Virus record (IMG/VR): IMGVR_UViG_3300025395_000007
Strand: one strand, 5' to 3'
From: a virus
DNA length: 64,000 nucleotides
Below the pieces are notes generated by a model, which saw only the letters and a program-made list of their open reading frames with translations, was not told the origin of the DNA and made no database searches. A program made the translations under genes and the position numbers. This document shows, one piece after another, positions 55,093-64,000 of the stretch; position 1 is the first letter of the stretch, and the number at the start of each line of letters is the position of its first letter.

Positions 55093-58000
55093 ATGCCAAT
55101 TAATACTAATTTAGATGTAGCACCCTATTATGACGATTTTAATGCAAATAATGAATATTATCGAATTTTGTTTAGACCTTCAACAGCTGTACAAGCTCGC
55201 GAACTAACTCAAATACAATCTATCCTCCAAAATCAAATTGAAAACTTTGGTAACTGGGCATTTAAAAATGGCAACATCGTTTCTGGTTGCGCTATTCATG
55301 ATGACCCAAATGTACCATTCGTTCGCCTTCAAGATTATCAAAGCAATGGTGCGTCTTATGATGCAACGTCTTTTGCTAATTTACAGGTTGTCAGCGCTGT
55401 TTCAAACCTTACAGCTACAATCATCGTAAGTAATTCAGGTTTAACTGCGAACTATCCTAATACCAATGTTATCTATCTAAGATATATTAATACTGGTAAC
55501 AATGGCGCCAAAGTATTTTCTAATAACGAAATTTTAAATTTTTACGTCAATCCAAGAACAGGCAATAACGTAGCTGATATAGTAGCTATTGTTAATACAT
55601 ATGCTAATTCTACATCTGGTCAACTTACAACTGGCGCTGCTCATGGTATCCATGTTGACGCAGGTGTAGTTTTCCTCAATGGTGTTTTTGTTAATGTTCT
55701 TCAACCAACATATGGTCTTGTAAATAATTTTGGAACTTATGCAGGTAACAACGTAGTTGGGTTCCAACTAACAGAATCAATAGTAACTGAAAATCAAGAT
55801 TCATCTTTACTTGATAATGCTCTTGGATATCCAAATGAAAATGCTCCAGGTGCACATCGTTTAAAATTACTTCCAACTCTTGTTTCTTTAGATACATCAA
55901 ATAGCTCGACTAATACTAGCGGCTTCAATCCAATTGTTACATATAATTATGGTGCAATAAGCACCACATCAGTTGCTGGTCAAAATCTATATTCAATTCT
56001 TAACGATTCAATCGCCAAAAGAACTTATGAAACTTCAGGTAACTACGTAGTTAATCCATTCGTCGTTGATACAACTACAAATGGTCCTTCTGCATTAACA
56101 CCTGATTTGGTTTACGGTAGAGTAAATCCAGGTGTTGGATATGCCGAAGGTTATAGAGTAGAACTTCAAAAAACTCAGTACATTACTATGCGTAGAGGTA
56201 ATGATACTAATTCTAAATTAGAACAACAGATCACATTCAATTATGGTAGTTATTTTCTATTAGATGAAGTTGCAGGTGATTTCGGATTTAATACTGCAGG
56301 AACAATTTCTTTATATGATACACCCCAATTTTCTGTTACTAAAAGATTATTTGCATCTGCAACACCAGTAGGCAATGTCATCGGTACTGCTCAAGTTAGA
56401 TGTTTCTCATATAATGATGATAAAACACAAGGGTCCAATACTGCATTATATGCACTTCATGTGTTTAATATTAATATGAACAGTGGCAATGGTTATAACC
56501 TTAGTCAAGTTCAGTCTGTATATTACAATGCAGGTGGCATTAAGGGTATTGGCGACGTTGTTGGTAGCGGTATCAATAATGCTTCTACTAAAGATCAACT
56601 TTTTAGTTTCGGTGATGTTGGCTTACAATCTTTAAGAGATTCAAGTAACAACTTACATTCTGAGTATACATATAGAACTCGTGTAAGCACCCAAATGAAC
56701 ACTGTTGGTGATTCAACAATTACACTTCCTTCTTCTGCAGCTGGTGGTATTGATATTTTACCATATGGTACTGGTATATTAACTGATTTAAATGCAGCTA
56801 ATTTTACTCTTATTGTTACTGGTGCTAATACTGATACTGCAAATTTCTCAGGAACTGTGAGCGTCAACGCTACAAGTAATGTTGTGACAGGTACTAGCAC
56901 TTCTTTCATAATTAACTTTAATATTGGAGATCAAATTAAAGTTAATCAAGGCACAGCAACAGATGTAAGAACTGTTACTTCTATCGTTAATACTACTTCA
57001 TTGTCTGTTGATAATCCATTTTCAACGACCAATGGTACAGCTACATATGCAAAAACATACATAACTGGTAAAATTATACCAATCAATCAGTATCCTGCTG
57101 CGTATGGTGGACCTTCTTCATATATACAAGTAACAAATACTACTTCATTTTCGGTTAATACTTTAGAAGCTCCAAGCACTCCAGTTAATGTTGATGTTGT
57201 ATTTGATGTATTAAGAACATTTGCTACTCCAGCTAAAAAAGTTATCAATAAAAATCGTTTTGTTAAATTAGATACATCATTAAATCCAAATGGACCATGG
57301 TGTTTAGGGTTTAGTGATATACACCAAGTTAGTTTGGTAACAGGTTCATCTACTGCAAGTTATTCTCTTACTAATCAAGATATAACTTCTAATTTCGTAT
57401 TTGATACAGGTCAAAAAGATACTAGATACAGCCTAGGATACCTATACCCTGCAGCTGGTTACAATACATCAGCTAACCCATATCTATTAGTTCAGTTAGA
57501 TTATTTCACAACTAACACCGCTTCAGGTACAGGTTTCTATAGTGTTGAATCATATCCTGTAAATGATGGACTTCCTGGATTTGTTACTGTTTCTTCTGGT
57601 TCTACTGCAGTTGTTGGTAATAATACTACATTTACATCTTCGTTTATTGTTGGTGATTTAATCGAAATAGATTCGACATTTAGAACTGTTGCAAGTATAG
57701 CTAATTCTACATACATGACTATTAATACCCCATTTAATAATAGTTATACAAATGTTTCTTATTATAATGCTACTACTATACAAACTAAAGATATACCTCT
57801 TTATGTTGACGAAGGTGGCAAAAAAATATCACTAAGAGATTATGTAGATTTTAGACTTCCTGCAAATAGTAATGCTACTGATACAGGTAAATGTGACACT
57901 TCAAATTCAGCTCAGTTAACAGCCGCTATTGGTGCTGCTAGTACTAATCCTTCAAATACTGTTGCATATAATGTCTATACAACATTAAATGTACCATCAT

Positions 58001-59070
58001 ATGGTAAAAATTTCCAATCTGATTATACATATTATCTACCAAGAAAAGATTTGATAATGATGACATCAGATAATGTAATTAAGATTAAAGAAGGTCATCC
58101 AAGTGATTCGCCACAAACTCCATTGTATCCAGATAATGCGATGGTTCTTGCCACTATAAATGTACCTCCATATCCTTCATTATCTTCTGACCAACTTGAT
58201 ACATTGTTATCGATAAATCAACTTTCTAAAAATCTAACCAGAGATAATTCTCATGGTATATCTATCAATTTAGTTTCAAATCGTAGATATACTATGAAGG
58301 ATATTGGTAAGTTAGATTCTAGAATTACCAATCTTGAATACTATCAGGCTCTTTCTCTATTGGAGAAAAAAGCTACTGATATGAATGTCACAGATTCAAA
58401 TGGTCTTAATAGATTTAAAAATGGTATTTTCGTTGATGCATTTAATGACTTTACTCAAAGCGACGTAACAAATCCAGAATATTCTATAGCTATCGATACT
58501 ACAAGTGGCTTTGCTAGACCTAGAATTGTTCGTGAAATTGTTAATATTCAATTCAATGGTGGTATATCAAGTGCACAACAAACAGGGCGTGCAGTTTCTC
58601 TACCTTACACTGAAGTAGCATTTATGGCTCAACCGTTTGCTACTAAATATAGAAGTTCCGCCCACGTTTCTATGGCTTGGAACGGTACTTGTTTAGCTAT
58701 TCCTGCATATGATAATCATGTTGATACTAATAATACTGGATCAATTAATATTACTGTTGACCTATCTACTCCATGGAAAGATTTCGCTCAAAGCCCATTT
58801 GGATCTATTTGGAATGATTGGGCTACAACAACTTCAACTACTACTAATACTGTTGTTACTAATAGCGGTGCACCTATTTCTAATGTCAATCTTGGATTTA
58901 TTGGTACATTTACAGGTGGTGGTGGCGGTCAAAACCCAACGACTGAAAAAGAAGCTGAAACTGCTGCATTAGCGTTAATACATGCAAAGTATGGTAATAA
59001 TGTTACTATTGGTGCATTATCGTTAAAGCATGGCAGTGACGCCCCAGTTGTAATTGCCCCACCATTTTAA
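55093..59070 (+). CDS. Large virion structural protein (DUF4815/VrlC-like), N-terminal part
   Basis: NL.V.PYYDDF...YRILFRP..AVQARELTQ.Q.ILQ.QI, APGAHR.K, RT..SGNY.V.PF, RYTMKDIGKL..RI..LEYY, RFKNG.FVD.F. Confidence 0.82.
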   Translation: MPINTNLDVAPYYDDFNANNEYYRILFRPSTAVQARELTQIQSILQNQIENFGNWAFKNGNIVSGCAIHDDPNVPFVRLQDYQSNGASYDATSFANLQVVSAVSNLTATIIVSNSGLTANYPNTNVIYLRYINTGNNGAKVFSNNEILNFYVNPRTGNNVADIVAIVNTYANSTSGQLTTGAAHGIHVDAGVVFLNGVFVNVLQPTYGLVNNFGTYAGNNVVGFQLTESIVTENQDSSLLDNALGYPNENAPGAHRLKLLPTLVSLDTSNSSTNTSGFNPIVTYNYGAISTTSVAGQNLYSILNDSIAKRTYETSGNYVVNPFVVDTTTNGPSALTPDLVYGRVNPGVGYAEGYRVELQKTQYITMRRGNDTNSKLEQQITFNYGSYFLLDEVAGDFGFNTAGTISLYDTPQFSVTKRLFASATPVGNVIGTAQVRCFSYNDDKTQGSNTALYALHVFNINMNSGNGYNLSQVQSVYYNAGGIKGIGDVVGSGINNASTKDQLFSFGDVGLQSLRDSSNNLHSEYTYRTRVSTQMNTVGDSTITLPSSAAGGIDILPYGTGILTDLNAANFTLIVTGANTDTANFSGTVSVNATSNVVTGTSTSFIINFNIGDQIKVNQGTATDVRTVTSIVNTTSLSVDNPFSTTNGTATYAKTYITGKIIPINQYPAAYGGPSSYIQVTNTTSFSVNTLEAPSTPVNVDVVFDVLRTFATPAKKVINKNRFVKLDTSLNPNGPWCLGFSDIHQVSLVTGSSTASYSLTNQDITSNFVFDTGQKDTRYSLGYLYPAAGYNTSANPYLLVQLDYFTTNTASGTGFYSVESYPVNDGLPGFVTVSSGSTAVVGNNTTFTSSFIVGDLIEIDSTFRTVASIANSTYMTINTPFNNSYTNVSYYNATTIQTKDIPLYVDEGGKKISLRDYVDFRLPANSNATDTGKCDTSNSAQLTAAIGAASTNPSNTVAYNVYTTLNVPSYGKNFQSDYTYYLPRKDLIMMTSDNVIKIKEGHPSDSPQTPLYPDNAMVLATINVPPYPSLSSDQLDTLLSINQLSKNLTRDNSHGISINLVSNRRYTMKDIGKLDSRITNLEYYQALSLLEKKATDMNVTDSNGLNRFKNGIFVDAFNDFTQSDVTNPEYSIAIDTTSGFARPRIVREIVNIQFNGGISSAQQTGRAVSLPYTEVAFMAQPFATKYRSSAHVSMAWNGTCLAIPAYDNHVDTNNTGSINITVDLSTPWKDFAQSPFGSIWNDWATTTSTTTNTVVTNSGAPISNVNLGFIGTFTGGGGGQNPTTEKEAETAALALIHAKYGNNVTIGALSLKHGSDAPVVIAPPF

Positions 59071-59098
59071 TAATTTTTATGTTTTTTAGGAGATAATT

Positions 59099-62038
59099 TT
59101 GGCCACAACACCCGTTACACCTGTATTAGCCCCGCCGCAATTATCTGTTGGTAATGGTTATATCGTTACAAATACAACTACAACAATAACTACAACATCT
59201 AATGTTGGTGGCCAGCAAATAGTTGTTACACCTCATGCTAATACTGTCAGTATTGGTAACATTGTTACAGACGTTTCAATGCAACCATATATTGCAAATA
59301 GAATTGTTTCATTCTATGCATATAATATGCGACCAAATCAAAATCTTCATGTATTTTTTGATAATATTTTAGTCGACCAGTATTGCGCTCCAGGTATTGT
59401 CCCTCAATCTATAACTGATTCTTCTGATTATCATTCTATTCAAAAAAATGGTAATTGGGGTGATCCTATTGTTTCTGATCAGTTTGGTCAGGTTGCAGGC
59501 CAGTTTAATATTCCAGGTGGCACATTTAAAACAGGTGATCGTATTCTAGAACTTGCAGACGTAACTGATCTTACACAAGGTTTAGATGCATTAACAACTA
59601 AATCGACTGCGACATTTACAGCTTCTAATCTTAGTGTTACTAAAGAAAATGTAACTTTAACAACCATTAATCCAGAAATATCATACGTTCCTATATCAAA
59701 AAATGTTGTAACTACATCTGTAAATACTAGCATTACAATTAGACCAGATATTGGTACTGTATATGCAAATTGGAACGAACCAATTGCACAGGGATTGACA
59801 ATCAATACTCCATCGGGCGAAGCAGGTATATTTGCAACATCACTTGATATATTTTTCAAACAAAAAGCTCAAATTACCACTTATGGTGTTAGCGTATATC
59901 TTTGCGAAATTAAAAACGGCTATCCAGATGGTAATACAGTACTTCCATTCTCGAAAGTTCATTTACCATACGCTAATATTAATGTAAGTGCAGATTCTTC
60001 TATACCTACGAATTTTAAATTTGAAGCCCCTGTATTCCTAAACAATGGAACTGAATACGCATTTATTGTAAAACCAGATGCTGGTGATCCTGATTATTTT
60101 GTTTATAGCGCAGTTTTAGGTGACATTGATATTCAAACAGGTCAACAAGTATACACCCAGCCTACAGTTGGTGGTACAGCTTTTTATGGAGCAACCGATA
60201 CTGAGTGGACTGCTCTTCAAACTGAATATCTTAAATTTGAATTACATAGAGCTAAATTTACATCACAAAGCGCAGATGCTTATTTCAATAATCAGCCAGC
60301 TGAATTTCTTAAGATTTCTAATGTCGCTATGGTTAATACAACAGTTAGTATTATTCCAGGAGATTATGTTTTCCAAGCTACTAGTAATGTGGTTACAACT
60401 GCTCAAACTGCTGTTAATGCTATCCTCAATTACTATGATGATGTTAAAGATATTATCTACGCTGCAAATTCGTCTGGTACATTTGTTAATAATGGTGTTA
60501 TCCAAATACATAGATTTGCAAATACATTACTTGCAACTTCGCCAGGACCAAATACTACAACATTAATCGCTTCTGCTAATACAGGCGTATTATATGATGC
60601 TAAATTAAATAACATAGTACCTCAATTTGCAACTATTTCTCCTGCAGGTACTGCGCTTTCATTTAAGTATTCTGGTACAAGTAATACATATGCAGCAGAC
60701 ACTTATGAAACACCTATTAATGTAGGCAGATCAAATGAACTTTATGATTATGAAAGAATAGTTGCAAGTAGATCAAATGAAACTGGTCATATGAGCGGAG
60801 CAAGTTCTCTTACTTTACACGCTACTATGGCTACTGATTCTGAATTTCTTTCTCCTATAATCGATACTGTAAGAAATCAAGAACTTTTAGTATCTAATGA
60901 AATCGATCCAATTTCTTTCATATATGAAGAATTTTATACAAACGGTTCTTCAAAGTCAAAATATATTTCTAAAATTGTTACTTTGGCTCAAGGACAAGAT
61001 GCACAAGATCTTCAAGTAATTTTATCTGCTTATAGACCTCCAGGCTCTGATATTCAGGTTTGGACTAGATTTTTAAGTAGTCAAGATTCAGAACCTATGT
61101 CTAATAAAACATGGGTTCCTATGATCAACACGGGTGATTCATTATTCTCTAATCCAGGCAATCCATCTGATCTTCGTGAATTTACATATGTAATACCACA
61201 GTATTATGGTATGATCCCAACAAACGGTACAGCAAATGTTGTTTATAATAGTACAACATTAACAGGCAATGGAACTCAATTTGGCACAGACGTTAAAGTT
61301 GGATGGTGGATCAATTTCCTTGCTAATTCTACATTTAATGAAGCTTCTAGACAGGTTGTATCTATTGCAAATACCACTTCATTGACTTTAAGTAGCGCAT
61401 TTAATAGCAGTACAGGTTATGCAAATGTTCAATATTTTGTCGTTGCACCACCAACTACTCCATGGCTTTCAACACAAGCTTCTGTTCCATTAATCGGAAC
61501 TGTTTCTGTTAATACTACTTCGGCTGCTATTACTGGATTTAGTAATACACAATCGGGAACATTGAATAGTAATACATTAGTAACTAGCTTATCTAATACT
61601 GCTGCTTTAGTAGCTGGTATGATTGTTACTGGTACTGGTTTACCTTCAAATAGTGTAGTATATGTTGCTAACGTTGTTAATGGTACTTCTATTAATCTAA
61701 GTGCTAATGCAACTTCAACTGGTTCGCAAAGCCTTACGTTTACTTCTAACTTTGTTGGACAATTACTTCCAGGAACTATTGTAAATATTGCAAGCGATCA
61801 GCAAGTAATAGTGTCAGTAACAAATGCTATTTCTGCTGTTATTGGTACACCATGGTCATCAACGGTTTCTAATACAGCTGCTAGTATCATAACACCTACT
61901 GGTCTTTCATATTATAATTCATCGTTCAATCAATATTCAACTCTCAACAGATTTCAGATCAAAATTATTTTACAATCAAATGACAGTTCAGCTGTTCCGC
62001 TTGTAGATGATGTTAGAGCTTTGGCGATGCAACTATGA
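59099..62038 (+). CDS. Large virion structural protein (DUF4815/VrlC-like), C-terminal part; TTG start
   Basis: AGGAG RBS; P.AQ......G.F.TS.D.FF..K, T.F.F..PVFL, SKYISK.V.L, F..KI.L......P.V.D.RA.A. Confidence 0.78.
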   Translation: MATTPVTPVLAPPQLSVGNGYIVTNTTTTITTTSNVGGQQIVVTPHANTVSIGNIVTDVSMQPYIANRIVSFYAYNMRPNQNLHVFFDNILVDQYCAPGIVPQSITDSSDYHSIQKNGNWGDPIVSDQFGQVAGQFNIPGGTFKTGDRILELADVTDLTQGLDALTTKSTATFTASNLSVTKENVTLTTINPEISYVPISKNVVTTSVNTSITIRPDIGTVYANWNEPIAQGLTINTPSGEAGIFATSLDIFFKQKAQITTYGVSVYLCEIKNGYPDGNTVLPFSKVHLPYANINVSADSSIPTNFKFEAPVFLNNGTEYAFIVKPDAGDPDYFVYSAVLGDIDIQTGQQVYTQPTVGGTAFYGATDTEWTALQTEYLKFELHRAKFTSQSADAYFNNQPAEFLKISNVAMVNTTVSIIPGDYVFQATSNVVTTAQTAVNAILNYYDDVKDIIYAANSSGTFVNNGVIQIHRFANTLLATSPGPNTTTLIASANTGVLYDAKLNNIVPQFATISPAGTALSFKYSGTSNTYAADTYETPINVGRSNELYDYERIVASRSNETGHMSGASSLTLHATMATDSEFLSPIIDTVRNQELLVSNEIDPISFIYEEFYTNGSSKSKYISKIVTLAQGQDAQDLQVILSAYRPPGSDIQVWTRFLSSQDSEPMSNKTWVPMINTGDSLFSNPGNPSDLREFTYVIPQYYGMIPTNGTANVVYNSTTLTGNGTQFGTDVKVGWWINFLANSTFNEASRQVVSIANTTSLTLSSAFNSSTGYANVQYFVVAPPTTPWLSTQASVPLIGTVSVNTTSAAITGFSNTQSGTLNSNTLVTSLSNTAALVAGMIVTGTGLPSNSVVYVANVVNGTSINLSANATSTGSQSLTFTSNFVGQLLPGTIVNIASDQQVIVSVTNAISAVIGTPWSSTVSNTAASIITPTGLSYYNSSFNQYSTLNRFQIKIILQSNDSSAVPLVDDVRALAMQL

Positions 62039-62247
62039 CGAATAAATATGTGAAGACAGACGTTGAAGGTTTTGTAAAAGACCCTAACAATGGCGCTGTT
62101 TTGAGCGTTGATTATGTAGGTTTAGATGCATATAGAAAACAAAAACAGAATGCTTTGAAAGCTGAACGTGCTAATATTAGATTAGATTCAGTTGAAAAAG
62201 ACTTAGGCGAAATTAAGCAAATGCTTCAACAGTTATTACAGAGATAA
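62035..62247 (+). CDS. Small conserved T4-like protein
   Basis: KDP..GAVL.....Y...K......L...E....EIK.ML..LL. Confidence 0.75.
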   Translation: MTNKYVKTDVEGFVKDPNNGAVLSVDYVGLDAYRKQKQNALKAERANIRLDSVEKDLGEIKQMLQQLLQR

Positions 62248-62252
62248 AATAA

Positions 62253-62942
62253 ATGACTTGGTTAATTACAAATATCGCAAATACAGATACTTTCCAGAAA
62301 TGGCTTGACACAACTAATTATCTCGTCAATGCTGTGTCCACTGCAGCTGTTACTGTCGGTAACGCTGCTGTAGGTTCAGCTGGTGTTACTGCTACGTTTA
62401 CAGCAAACGCTATTACAACAAATAACGTAACTATTAATGCTAATCTTTCAGTTAACGCTATTTCTATTGGCAATAGTAGTATTAATACCATCGCTAATTC
62501 TTCTATATTATTAATCTCTAATACAACTGCTAACATTTCATTGACAATACCAACGGCTGCGCAAATTTCAAATGGCCAATATTATCATAATGCAAATGGT
62601 GCATGGTCTGCAATTGTTTCTCCATATAGTCCTGCTACTAATAATTCTGTTACCACAACAGGTACTAGTGCGCAGGTTATTGACTCTTATCTAATTTCAA
62701 CATATCATGCGGCTGAATATTTGGTAAATGTTATTGATAATCAAACAAGTTATAATAGATATACATCTAAAATAATTGTATCGACCGATGGCGGCAGCAA
62801 TAATTTCATTACAGAATACGCTGAATTTGGCAATAACGCATTAGGTGTATTCACTGTTTCTTCTAATGCTAGTAGTATTATATTAAATTATACACCAGCT
62901 TCCGTAAGTACAACAGTTAGATATGTTAGGACTATCATCTAA
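62253..62942 (+). CDS. Virion structural/fibre-associated protein
   Basis: TDTF..W...TN N-terminus; C-terminal IDS.....Y..AEY.V...EY domain. Confidence 0.7.
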   Translation: MTWLITNIANTDTFQKWLDTTNYLVNAVSTAAVTVGNAAVGSAGVTATFTANAITTNNVTINANLSVNAISIGNSSINTIANSSILLISNTTANISLTIPTAAQISNGQYYHNANGAWSAIVSPYSPATNNSVTTTGTSAQVIDSYLISTYHAAEYLVNVIDNQTSYNRYTSKIIVSTDGGSNNFITEYAEFGNNALGVFTVSSNASSIILNYTPASVSTTVRYVRTII

Positions 62943-63325
62943 TGGCTACAAAAGCTAACTTAGTAATCGATCAAGGCACAACATTTTCCACTGATTTATC
63001 GCTGCAAGATAAAAATGGTGATCCGCTCAGCTTGGGTGGATTTACTGCAAATTCTGTAATCAAAAAATGGTATACTTCTCAAACTTCTGTTCCATTTAAT
63101 GTTTCTATCAATACAGCTTCTGGAACTATTACTTTAGAATTAGATGCTAGTACTTCTGCTAATTTATATGCTGGAAGATATGTTTATGATGTTGATATTA
63201 CAGAAACTGCTACGGGTACGGTTTCTAGAGTAGTTGAAGGTATTATCACTGTTACTCCATCTGTTACTGCTGGAATTTTCTCAACCAATAATACATGGTT
63301 TGCCAATGGTTATACTAATGGTTGA
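62942..63325 (+). CDS. Virion structural protein
   Basis: ANL.IDQG.TF, G.I.L.L....A.L.AGRYVYDV, R.VEGI.TV.P.VT. Confidence 0.75.
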   Translation: MATKANLVIDQGTTFSTDLSLQDKNGDPLSLGGFTANSVIKKWYTSQTSVPFNVSINTASGTITLELDASTSANLYAGRYVYDVDITETATGTVSRVVEGIITVTPSVTAGIFSTNNTWFANGYTNG

Positions 63326-63330
63326 TAATA

Positions 63331-63705
63331 ATGACCATTATATCTAATGTAACAGTATCTAATAAAAACGCAGTTGCAGTTTCTGTTTCGCAAAACGAGG
63401 GTATTACCATATCAAATACTTCCGCTATTACCACAATTACTAATGTAATAGTAGCTGATAAAAGATCAATATCAGTCTCTAGCAATGCTATAGCTGGCAT
63501 TATAAACACTACAACACCTGTTACTTTAATACCGACGCCGACTATGGCTAGTGGCGCTTCGACATTAGAATCTCTTACCGATGTGGTTTCTACTGGTGAA
63601 ACTACTGGTGACACTTTAGTTTATGATTCAAATACAAAAACATGGATTGCGCAACCGCTTGATTTGTCAAATGTTACTGGTGGATTAGACGGTGGGACCT
63701 TTTAA
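63331..63705 (+). CDS. Virion structural protein
   Basis: L..LTDV......G..LVYD.....W...LDGGTF C-terminus. Confidence 0.65.
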   Translation: MTIISNVTVSNKNAVAVSVSQNEGITISNTSAITTITNVIVADKRSISVSSNAIAGIINTTTPVTLIPTPTMASGASTLESLTDVVSTGETTGDTLVYDSNTKTWIAQPLDLSNVTGGLDGGTF

Positions 63706-63740
63706 ATAATAAATAGATAAAATTATAAAGGGACCAAAAC

Positions 63741-64000
63741 ATGGCCAACAATAGAATTCAAATTAAAAGAAGTGCGGCGACTTCTTCGCCAACAACATTA
63801 AATCCAGGCGAACTGGCATTTAGTAACGTAACTGGTGGTTCAGGCGTTCTCTTCATTGGTTCTACTGATGGCGCTACAGTTGTTCCTATCGCTGGTGTTA
63901 GAAATCCAGGAACACTTACTGCAAACCAAGCATTGGTTGCAAACTCGACTTCTGGTATCAATCAGATTATCACTTCCAATGTTACCTTACAATATCTTTC
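63741..64000 (+). CDS. Tail fibre protein, 5' part (runs off the window)
   Basis: MANNRIQIKRS.....P..L..GELAFS.....LFIG; late-like AATAAATA upstream. Confidence 0.75.
   Translation, partial: MANNRIQIKRSAATSSPTTLNPGELAFSNVTGGSGVLFIGSTDGATVVPIAGVRNPGTLTANQALVANSTSGINQIITSNVTLQYL

Noticed and set aside
59060-59110. Programmed frameshift or hop joining the two DUF4815-like ORFs
   Set aside because: Tandem TAA TAA stops, a clear AGGAG RBS before the TTG and no stimulatory structure favour independent initiation.
1548-63705. Stop-codon reassignment
   Set aside because: Core genes are full length in the standard bacterial code, and TAG, TGA and TAA all occur as ordinary terminators (TAG for example in gp33, gp2 and the endonuclease).

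Overview
A 64-kb segment of a T4-like myovirus genome, most likely infecting an alphaproteobacterium. The host inference rests on a circularly permuted two-piece tmRNA with an ANDN...AA tag, a DUF1127 protein, a ROSE-like thermometer before hsp20, and a rhizobial-type Gly/Tyr/Pro secreted protein. 1-15.3 kb (mostly minus strand): partial Alt-like ADP-ribosyltransferase, an unannotated structured ncRNA, gp41 helicase, UvsX, gp43 polymerase, a HEAT-repeat internal head protein, GH19 endolysin, an hsp20 operon with micro-ORFs, spanins, tRNA-Gln and small ORFs. 15.2-30.7 kb: an early region of small genes, most with their own sigma70-type promoter. It holds sub-60-aa ORFs missed by the ORF track (an ArfA-like ribosome-rescue peptide, a SutA-like peptide) and two noncoding structured intervals. 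30.7-32.1 kb: a tmRNA locus split by a GIY-YIG homing endonuclease and flanked by remnants of a second tmRNA allele, then tRNA-Arg(UCU) and an atypical long-variable-arm tRNA(UAU). 32.2-34.3 kb: gp33, gp59, gp32. 34.4-64 kb: baseplate and tail module (dual peptidoglycan hydrolase, holin, gp51, 26, 54, 2, 4, 48, 53, 27-like, split gp5, PAAR, 25, 6, 7-like, fibre, 8, split DUF4815/VrlC-like protein, start of a tail fibre). The most interesting theme is a phage translation-rescue and proteostasis toolkit: tmRNA, an ArfA-like peptide, an odd tRNA, C-terminal AA degrons and a thermometer-controlled sHSP. All family calls come from motif recognition by eye; no database searches were run.
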